From Candidatus Zipacnadum vermilionense (GTDB taxonomy: Bacteria > Armatimonadota > Zipacnadia > Zipacnadales > Zipacnadaceae), in contig JALGSV010000016.1 of the NCBI GenBank assembly GCA_029821755.1, positions 12,372 through 76,371 of the forward strand: 64,000 nucleotides of DNA, written 5' to 3'. Below, piece after piece: positions 56,108 through 64,000 of the stretch. Under the pieces are notes generated by a model, which did no database searches, was not told where the DNA came from, and saw nothing but the letters and a program-made list of their open reading frames with translations. The position numbers and the translations under genes were made by a program. Each line of letters begins with the position of its first letter. Position 1 is the first letter of the stretch.

Positions 56108-57586
56108 ATGCCCCAACGACCCCATATCGTCATCTTCAACCCCGACCAGTGGCGGGGGGATGTGCTCGGCTGTGTCGGAAACCCGGGCGCGGTTACGCCT
56201 AACCTGGACCACCTTGTGCAGACCGACGGCGTAGCCTTCTCCCAGGCCTACTGCCAGAACCCAGTCTGCACGCCTAGCCGCTGCTCGTGGATGACTGGCT
56301 GGTACCCACATGTGGCGGGGCATCGGACCATGACGCACATGCTGCGTGCGCATGAGCCGGTGTTATTGCGGACGCTCAAGCAGGCCAGATACTTCGTGTG
56401 GTGGGGCGGGAAGAATGACCTGGTGCCCGGCCAAGACGGGTATGAGGACTTCTGCCACGTCAAGTACCAGCCGCCGACGCCGACCAAGCCGATGTACATG
56501 TCCGAGCGGGAAGCGGAGTGGCGTGGTGCGCCCGACAGCGATACGTACTACTCCTTCTACGTGGGCCGTCTCGAGACAGATGGTGAGCCGTACTACCACG
56601 ATCACGATTGGGCGATGGTACTGGGAGCCATCGAGCAGATCCGCCACGCTCCGCCGGAGCGGCCGCTGTGCCTCTACCTGCCGCTGACGTACCCGCATCC
56701 GCCCTACGGCGTCGAGGACCCTTGGTACAGCGCCATCGACCGGGAGGCCCTGCCGCCACGCCTCGCCGCGCCCAGCGATTGGACCGGCAAGCCCTCCCTG
56801 CTGCGCTGGATCCACGACCGCACTCAGATGCAGGGCTGGAGTGAGGAGAGGTGGACGGAGCTGCGAGCGACCTACTATGGGATGTGTGCGCGGGTGGACC
56901 ACCAGTTTGGCCTGGTGCTGCAGGCGCTGCGAGAGGCCGGGATCTACGACGACACGGCCGTCTTCCTCTTCGCTGATCACGGCGATTTCACCGGAGACTA
57001 CGGGCTGGTGGAGAAGACACAGAACACCTTTGAGGACTGCCTGACCCGCGTACCTCTCGTGGTCAAGCCGCCCGCGGGGTGTCCGGTGCAGGCGGGGGTG
57101 AATCCGGCGCTGGTGGAACTGGTGGACGTGCCGGCGACGATCGAGGAGTGGGCCGGGCTGATCCCGGAGCACACGCACTTCGGGCGGTCGCTGGCGCCGC
57201 TGGTGGCGGGCGAAACTACGAAGCACCGGGACGCGGTCTTCTGCGAGGGCGGGAGGCTGCACGGCGAGTGGCAGGCGAGTGAGGTGGGGGTGGACCGCAT
57301 ACCCTTTCCGCGGGAGAGCCGCTACTGGGTACGGGCGACAGCGCAACTGCAGGAGGGACCGGAGCATACCAAGGCGGTGATGTGCCGCACGGAACGATAC
57401 AAGTACGTGCGCCGGCTGTACGAGCAGGACGAACTGTACGACCTGCAGGCGGACCCTGGAGAGTTGCACAATCGCTGCGGCGACCCGGCGCTCGCGGCGG
57501 TGGAGGCGGAACTAAGGGATCGTCTGCTCACCTTCTTTCTGGAGACAGGTGACGTAGTCCCGCCGACTCTGGACCGGCGAAGCTAG
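56108..57586 (+). CDS. formylglycine-dependent sulfatase
   Basis: C-T-P-S-R-C-S..TG signature and N-terminal IVIFNPDQ. Confidence 0.88.
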   Translation: MPQRPHIVIFNPDQWRGDVLGCVGNPGAVTPNLDHLVQTDGVAFSQAYCQNPVCTPSRCSWMTGWYPHVAGHRTMTHMLRAHEPVLLRTLKQARYFVWWGGKNDLVPGQDGYEDFCHVKYQPPTPTKPMYMSEREAEWRGAPDSDTYYSFYVGRLETDGEPYYHDHDWAMVLGAIEQIRHAPPERPLCLYLPLTYPHPPYGVEDPWYSAIDREALPPRLAAPSDWTGKPSLLRWIHDRTQMQGWSEERWTELRATYYGMCARVDHQFGLVLQALREAGIYDDTAVFLFADHGDFTGDYGLVEKTQNTFEDCLTRVPLVVKPPAGCPVQAGVNPALVELVDVPATIEEWAGLIPEHTHFGRSLAPLVAGETTKHRDAVFCEGGRLHGEWQASEVGVDRIPFPRESRYWVRATAQLQEGPEHTKAVMCRTERYKYVRRLYEQDELYDLQADPGELHNRCGDPALAAVEAELRDRLLTFFLETGDVVPPTLDRRS

Positions 57587-57711
57587 CCGGGCGCGGCGTG
57601 CCTGTCGCCGACGGTTTCCGAGATGTGCAGAGCGCAGTCGCGTGACCGCCCGTCGCACAAGTCTCCTTCCCGAAGATCGAGAAGGAGAGGCCGATCTAGA
57701 TCGTCATCTCC

Positions 57712-58872
57712 CTACCGCCCTCCTTGGGCGCCGGCGATTCTCGCCAACTCGATGAACCTGCGTACCCTCGCCAAGGGTGTCGACGGCGTAATGGGGCTGG
57801 CGGTGCTGAGGAGGAAGCCGCGCGCGCGGCGGCCCGCCTCGACCTGGCGCGCAATCTCCCCCGCCAGTTCGGCCTCCGTACCGTTCTGTAGCACCGCGAC
57901 CGGATCGATGTTGCTGAACAGCGTCATCTGGTCGCCGATACGCCGCGCGACCTCGGCGATATCGTTGGTGTAGCCTTTCATGCTGGCCTCGAAGAGCAGG
58001 CCGTCGGCCCCCGTGGCGGCGATTTGCTCGAGACGGTCAGCAATGCCGCCGAAGTAGATGACAATCGCCTTATGCCCTAGCCGATGGATTTCCTGCACCA
58101 TCGCCTGCATATAAGGGAGGCAGAAGCGTTCGTACATGGCAGGCGAGATCATGTCGCTCGTGGCGGTGGCATCATCGATGTAGATGGCATCGCCGCCCGC
58201 CGCGGCTAGACGGCGGATCTGCTCCTCGTTGTGCGCCAGAATCTTCTGGGATAGGTAGTCGATCAGCTCCGGCTGCTCGATCAGCAGGGAGAAGAGGTTG
58301 GTCTGGCCGACGTGCCAGTGGCAAGAATACAGCGTGCCGACGATCCCCCCGGAGAGAATGAACTCGTCCTGCCCGAACCGCGCGACGACAGCGTCGAGGT
58401 AGTCGTTGGCGCCCTCGGCGATCTGCTGCGCGGCCGGAGTCACGGTAACGCGCGCGTCCACGTCGGCGCGACTGGAGACGTGCCGCGTCTGGTTGGCGTG
58501 GTAGTCGGTCGCATGGCCGCTGACGGTTGGCAGGTCCAGTTGGATCCATTCACCCGTTTGAGGGTCATGGCGGAAGGCGTGGCCGTCCTGCTCAAGGAAC
58601 TCTTGGCGCGCGCGCCAGGCCCGGGAGGAAGCGGCGGGTTGCGGCTGGAGCAGCTCAAACGGCGCTTGCGCTTGTATCCGCGCGAGGAGCTCCACATGCT
58701 CGGCGGGAGGCATGGCTAACCACTGCTGAAGCTGCCACGGTGACAGGCCGGTCAGTTCGGCGAAATGGTCCTGCTGATAGAGGAAACCATAAAGCGAGGT
58801 CACCGGGCAGCGGTCGACAGGTTTGCCTTCGAGTGCGGCATGAACGCGCTGTTTGCTGGTCATGGCGAACAC
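57712..58872 (-). CDS. uroporphyrinogen-decarboxylase (URO-D)-like family protein
   Basis: 386 aa with a URO-D / MtaA-CmuA-like TIM-barrel profile. The function is not hemE-like from context. Confidence 0.6.
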   Translation of the reverse strand: MFAMTSKQRVHAALEGKPVDRCPVTSLYGFLYQQDHFAELTGLSPWQLQQWLAMPPAEHVELLARIQAQAPFELLQPQPAASSRAWRARQEFLEQDGHAFRHDPQTGEWIQLDLPTVSGHATDYHANQTRHVSSRADVDARVTVTPAAQQIAEGANDYLDAVVARFGQDEFILSGGIVGTLYSCHWHVGQTNLFSLLIEQPELIDYLSQKILAHNEEQIRRLAAAGGDAIYIDDATATSDMISPAMYERFCLPYMQAMVQEIHRLGHKAIVIYFGGIADRLEQIAATGADGLLFEASMKGYTNDIAEVARRIGDQMTLFSNIDPVAVLQNGTEAELAGEIARQVEAGRRARGFLLSTASPITPSTPLARVRRFIELARIAGAQGGR

Positions 58873-59042
58873 CTCTCGTACGTGTAGGACGGCAATCGCC
58901 GCCGGTGCTTAGGCGCCTCCTGAGTTGTCGGGGAGTTCCGGCGGGATTTCCGGGGCGCCATACTCACTTCCCCGCCCGACCCCGCCCGGGGGCATTCCGG
59001 GGACACGATGCCTACCGTTCCACCCCCGTTCCATTGCCCCCC

Positions 59043-60152
59043 CTACCTCCCCCACCTCACCGCCGTCTCAATGAAGGTCACGTAGTTGCGGACGGTCTGC
59101 TCCTCCATGACCTTCATGTGGGGGATGGAGGTCTGAGTGAGGATGAAGCCGCCGCCGGGGGCGGCGATCTCCAGGCACTCGCGCACCTGGCGGGCGATCT
59201 CCCGCTCGGGGGCGCGGAGCATGTCGCCGAACTGGACGTTGCCCTCCAGGCAGACGCGATCGCCAATGCGCCGCTTGGCCTCGGCCAAGGTGACATCCCC
59301 CATCGGCGGGGCCTCCAGGGGGTTGAGACAATTGGCGCCCATCGCGGCGAACTCCTCCAGCACCGACCCTACCTTGCTGTGGCAGTGGCAGTGCACCAGT
59401 CCCCCGGCCTGGTAGACGAGGCGATGGGGGCGGGCGTCGAAGGGGGTCACGAACTCGCGGAAGTCCGCCGGGGATAGCAGCGGCGGGACGGCCAACTCCG
59501 CCCCGATCCAGCCGAAGACCGGCCCCATGCCCTGCCCGAGCAGGTAGCTCACCAGGTCCTCGACGCGTCGGGTGAAGACCTCCACGGCCTCCAACACCCG
59601 CTCCCGGTGTAGGACGCTCCACAGCGCGAGGGTCTCCGAGCCGGTGGGCATCTGCAGGAAATGGATCGCGTCGCTCATGCAAACGTACACCACGCCCCGG
59701 TCGCCCAGGCGGCGCTGCATGTCGAAATGGCGCATGCAGTCCGGTTGCTCGGGGACATACGGCACCGACAGCGCCCGGTCCAGGTTGTCCAGCGTCTTGA
59801 CTGGGTACTCGGTCCGCATCCCGACCTGCCCACGCTTATCGTGTGTATGGGCGCAGAAGAGCGGGCCGGCGGGGGTGTCCCAGCGCTCACGGACCTCCAG
59901 CCGCTCGTCGGTCTCGGTCGTCTCGCTTGTACGGCGGAAGTCCTCACTCGCGGTGAGCAGGAGGCCGTACTGCGGGTACCAGTTGGGGAAGAAGTCGCCA
60001 TGCTCCAGCGTCAGCTGGATTACCGGCCGGTAGGACTCGTCCTGCGCGGCGACCCACTCTTCGTCCCAGGCGGGCACGCCCATGAGGTTGAGCGGCACGC
60101 GGTCGGGCTCGCCACAGCGGATGGCCGCAAGGAGTCGCTGTTGGCTGGTCAT
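59043..60152 (-). CDS. uroporphyrinogen-decarboxylase (URO-D)-like family protein, paralog
   Basis: 369 aa in the same fold family as the upstream gene (RVPLNLMG N-terminus). Confidence 0.6.
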   Translation of the reverse strand: MTSQQRLLAAIRCGEPDRVPLNLMGVPAWDEEWVAAQDESYRPVIQLTLEHGDFFPNWYPQYGLLLTASEDFRRTSETTETDERLEVRERWDTPAGPLFCAHTHDKRGQVGMRTEYPVKTLDNLDRALSVPYVPEQPDCMRHFDMQRRLGDRGVVYVCMSDAIHFLQMPTGSETLALWSVLHRERVLEAVEVFTRRVEDLVSYLLGQGMGPVFGWIGAELAVPPLLSPADFREFVTPFDARPHRLVYQAGGLVHCHCHSKVGSVLEEFAAMGANCLNPLEAPPMGDVTLAEAKRRIGDRVCLEGNVQFGDMLRAPEREIARQVRECLEIAAPGGGFILTQTSIPHMKVMEEQTVRNYVTFIETAVRWGR

Positions 60153-60175
60153 GCGGATAAGGCCTCCGACTTCAA

Positions 60176-60252
60176 ACGCGTGGGGGGCTTTCTAACCCGT
60201 CCTGGCAGGGCTATGCGGACCGGAGCGCGGGCTGGAACGCCCGCGCCACGCG
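60176..60252. repeat. REP-like family 2 copy (degenerate)
   Basis: CGCGTGGGGGGCTTTCTAACCCG ... GCGGGCTGGAACGCCCGCGCCACGCGG. Confidence 0.65.
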
Positions 60253-60679
60253 GAGCTACCCCTGCACCAACCTCACCTGCGCCACCACGGCCGGCACGGT
60301 TAGGACGTTGTCGCCCTCCATCTTGTCCAGCTTCACTCCGGCCTCCGGCTTGTATGGCTTCCAGGCCCCGGGGATTTGCAGGCCGATTCCCGTCGCCGGG
60401 CAGCTCCAAGTGGAGCAGGTCCTGGTACTCGTCATAGAGGCCGTAGGCGTTCTCACCCCAGCGCAGCGTGGAGCGCGAGGTGTCGGTTGGGGAGGCGAGG
60501 TAGTACTCGATACTCACGCCTTGCTGCCCGTGGCGAAGTTCTCCAGCCCGCTCGTCCGGTCGCTCAGGCGTCCAAGGAAGGTCAGTCTGAACCTAGCAAA
60601 GCCTCGCGCCATGTGTGTCTAGACACTGGCGCGAGGCTTTGTTCTCCGTTGGGCGCAGAAGGCCCTCTGCCCGCTGGGG

Positions 60680-61402
60680 CTAGCTTGTCGCCGCGATGGC
60701 CTCCGCCAGGTTCAGGCTGCCGTCGTACAGCGCCCGGCCGATAATGCAGCCCACCAGGCCGAGGGATTCGAGCTTGCGTAGGGCGGCTAGGTCCTCCAAC
60801 GTGGTCACGCCCCCGGAGGCAATGACGGGGATGCTCACGGCCACGCACATCGAGCTCATCGCCGCCACGTTCGGTCCGCGCATCATCCCGTCGGTGGCGA
60901 TGTCGGTGAAGACGATCCGCCCCGCGCCAAGACGCTCAATCTGGCGCGCCAGATCGTAGGCGTCCACGGTGGAGGCCTCGGTCCAGCCCTGTACAGCCAC
61001 ATGCCCGTCGCGAGCGGCGATATCCACGATCACCCGGTCTCCGAACTGGGCGACGGCCGCCTCTAGCTCGGGGCGATGGCGCAGGGCGCTGGTGCCCATG
61101 ATCGCCCACTGCACCCCCAACTCCAGTACCCGCCCTACCTGCTCGGTGGTGCGCAATCCCCCGCCTAATTCACAGGGAATGCGCACAGTTTCCACAATCT
61201 TCTCCACAGCGGCGAGATTGCGCGGCTCACCGGCCAGCGCTCCGTCCAGGTCGACCAGGTGAATGACCTCCGCTCCCGCCTCCTCCCAGGCGCACGCCTG
61301 CGCCACCGGGTCGTCGGAGTAGACCGTCTTCTGCGCCATGTCGCCCTGCCGCAAGCGGACGACCTGGCCCTCGGATAGGTCAATGGCGGGGAGGATGATC
61401 AC
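60680..61402 (-). CDS. hisA: phosphoribosylformimino-5-aminoimidazole carboxamide ribotide isomerase HisA
   Basis: IILPAIDL N-terminus, D..G, and GG..T motifs. Confidence 0.92.
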   Translation of the reverse strand: MIILPAIDLSEGQVVRLRQGDMAQKTVYSDDPVAQACAWEEAGAEVIHLVDLDGALAGEPRNLAAVEKIVETVRIPCELGGGLRTTEQVGRVLELGVQWAIMGTSALRHRPELEAAVAQFGDRVIVDIAARDGHVAVQGWTEASTVDAYDLARQIERLGAGRIVFTDIATDGMMRGPNVAAMSSMCVAVSIPVIASGGVTTLEDLAALRKLESLGLVGCIIGRALYDGSLNLAEAIAATS

Positions 61403-61444
61403 GTTGTGCAGCTCCCTCCAATCGTCACGGTTCCATCCCCACTT

Positions 61445-61774
61445 TCATTCCTCTTTCGGCAGCCAGATCAGGCCCTGGTTCAGCAGACGCCTCGTCTTGG
61501 CGTAGATGTCGCTGTTCTTCCCTTGCGCCCGCATCCCCACAACGTGGATGTTCACAACCTTCCCCGCCTCGTCCACTGAATAGACAAGTCGCCAGCGCCC
61601 CCAGTGCAGGGACTGCCATCCAGACAAATCGGCAGTGAGCGGCGCGCCCCGCAGGTAAGGGTCATCGGCTAGGCTTGCCGACACTTCCAGCAGCCTGTCC
61701 CGGATACGCTTGTCTTTGATCTCATGCCACAGGCCCTTTCCCTGGGTCGTCCAGACCACTGTGTAGCGACTCAC
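61445..61774 (-). CDS. type II toxin RelE/ParE family
   Basis: 109-aa RelE/ParE-like protein immediately downstream of a Phd/YefM antitoxin. Lower GC than the flanks. Confidence 0.75.
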   Translation of the reverse strand: MSRYTVVWTTQGKGLWHEIKDKRIRDRLLEVSASLADDPYLRGAPLTADLSGWQSLHWGRWRLVYSVDEAGKVVNIHVVGMRAQGKNSDIYAKTRRLLNQGLIWLPKEE

Positions 61775-61776
61775 AC

Positions 61777-62043
61777 CTATGACTCCATCTCTAGCTCACG
61801 GCGCATTTCCTCGATCGTGTGCACGCGCTCGGCCTTCACGTCCTCTACGCTCTGCCGCAGCGCTGCCATCATCTTCTCGTCGCCCAGGATCTCCATCGTC
61901 TCGATGATGCTCTCGTACAGTCCCCACGGTATCACGGCCAGCACCGGCTTCCCTCGCCGCGTAACGGCCAGCGAGGTCCAACCCTCGCCAGTCAGCTCCT
62001 CGGGCAGGCGCGTGACGCGCTGCCGGAATTCGGTCATGGTCAT
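61777..62043 (-). CDS. type II antitoxin Phd/YefM family
   Basis: Phd/YefM fold (TEFRQRV...GKPVLAVIPW..YESIIETMEIL). Start set at the internal ATG, verified at 62041-62043. Confidence 0.75.
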   Translation of the reverse strand: MTMTEFRQRVTRLPEELTGEGWTSLAVTRRGKPVLAVIPWGLYESIIETMEILGDEKMMAALRQSVEDVKAERVHTIEEMRRELEMES

Positions 62044-62135
62044 TTCCACGGAAGTGTCCGCTCGGTCTAGTGCGCTGTGTGCCATCCTCATCAACCTCTC
62101 TTGTACATCTTATTGTACATAGAAATGCACAGAAG

Positions 62136-63096
62136 TCAAGCAGCAATCTCGCGCCCCTCCTCCCCAAACCACCTTCCCCGCAGCCACAGGGACACGTTGA
62201 CCAGCCCGATCAGCACCGGCACCTCCACCAGGGGGCCGATAACCGCCGCGAAAGCCTCGCCCGACTGAATCCCAAACACCGCTACGGCTACGGCGATGGC
62301 CAACTCGAAGTTGTTGCTGGCCGCGGTGAAGGAGAGCGTGGCGCTCTGGCGGTAGTTCGCGCCCACCCGCTTGCTCATCCAGAAGGAGACGAAGAACATG
62401 GCCACGAAGTAGATCAGCAGCGGCGCCGCAATGCGCAGCACATCCAGCGGCAACTGCACGATGTACTCGCCTTTGAGCGAGAACATCACCACGATGGTGA
62501 ACAGCAGCGCCACCAGCGTGATCGGGCTGATCCGCGGCATAAACTGCTGCTCATACCACTCGCGCCCCTTGGCACGGAGCAGGGAGAAGCGCGTGATGAT
62601 CCCGGCGAGGAAGGGAATGCCCAGATAGATGAAGACGCTCCGAGCGATCTCGCCGATGGTGATGTGGACCGCAGTCCCCGCCAGCGAGTTCGTTCCACAC
62701 GATCACCATGGCGATGCAGCGGGCCAAGCCTATCATGATCAGCCCGTACATGTACGGCGGGTAGCCGCGCAGGAAGAGGACGGCCAGCGCGAACATCAGC
62801 ACCGGGCCGATGAGCCAGTTCTGCACCAGCGACAGGGTCAGGACCTTCCCATTGCGGAAGACCTCCCCCATCTCCTCGTACTTCACCTTGGCCAGGGGCG
62901 GGTACATCATCAGGATGAGACCCGCCGCGATGGGGAGGGAGGTGGTGCCCACCGAAGAGGCGGCGTTGAGGCGCTGGATGAGTGGCGGGAACAGGTAGCC
63001 CAGCCCCACGCCCAGCCCCATCGCGGCGAAGATCCAGCCGGTGAGGTAGCGGTCGAGGAAGGAAAGTCGTCTGACTGCGGAGTCGGTTATGAGCAC
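62136..63096 (-). pseudogene. acr3: arsenite efflux transporter ACR3, disrupted (internal deletion/frameshift)
   Basis: The N-terminal ~175 aa (LSFLDRYLT...[19 protein letters not shown]) are in one frame, from a GTG start at 63096. The C-terminal ~160 aa ([13 protein letters not shown]...MPRISPITL...[17 protein letters not shown]) are in another. About 45 conserved residues are missing at the junction near 62675. Confidence 0.7.
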
Positions 63097-63113
63097 CCAG
63101 CCTCCCAGTTGGC

Positions 63114-63902
<789 letters not shown>

Positions 63903-64000
63903 TAGATGACTACCCACTCCTAGCTATTTGTCTCTGACAAGTTGTCGGGTATTCCCTCCACCGACTCCCGTGTCGCGTCCCCGCACCGGCCGGAACACCA

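Noticed and set aside
60149-60517. 122-aa minus-strand ORF between the URO-D-like gene and hisA
   Set aside because: It overlaps a family-2 REP copy and is Gly/Arg/Ala-rich, so it is likely non-coding. A small real peptide (MSIEYYLASPTD...) cannot be excluded.

Overview
This is a high-GC (about 68%) bacterial chromosomal segment that is densely coding, with most genes on the minus strand.

Conserved housekeeping blocks:
- An aldo/keto reductase, followed by pth, rplY(L25/Ctc) and prs, then a tRNA-Gln.
- ispE and rsmA/ksgA.
- The dnaX-ybaB-recR cluster, with an SRP RNA (ffs) nearby that is not in the ORF track.
- dapB and asd.
- ruvB, ruvA-ruvC, dut, and hisF and hisA.

Accessory material sits between these blocks:
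- Two separate four-subunit 2-oxoacid:ferredoxin oxidoreductase operons, one in delta-alpha-beta-gamma order and one in gamma-delta-alpha-beta order.
- A cell-envelope glycosylation cluster (GT4, NAD-epimerase, SAM-methyltransferase, GT2, DUF362).
- A six-gene tRNA array (Ser x3, Arg x3) whose flanks are made of CAGGCAC-type heptamer repeats, with a four-helix-bundle (rRNA-IVS type) protein gene embedded in it.
- A sulfated-glycan-type locus: two sulfatases, an 804-aa secreted heparinase-like candidate and a LamG protein.
- A flotillin, and an APC permease with a truncated duplicate beside it.
- A rhodanese-DoxX pair, PPK2, and an RRM RNA-binding protein.
- Two tandem paralogous small secreted proteins of unknown family.
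- A low-GC Type II restriction-modification island (Dam-like MTase plus an HTH-fused PD-(D/E)XK endonuclease) between asd and ruvB.
- A RelE/Phd toxin-antitoxin pair.
- An arsM gene followed by an ACR3 pseudogene.

At least four dispersed intergenic repeat families (REP/MITE-like hairpin elements) recur through the window. A 4.7-kb insertion carrying a sulfatase and two URO-D-like genes separates hisF from hisA. A low-GC gene for an uncharacterised membrane-anchored protein is wedged between dnaX and ffs. No CRISPR array was found.
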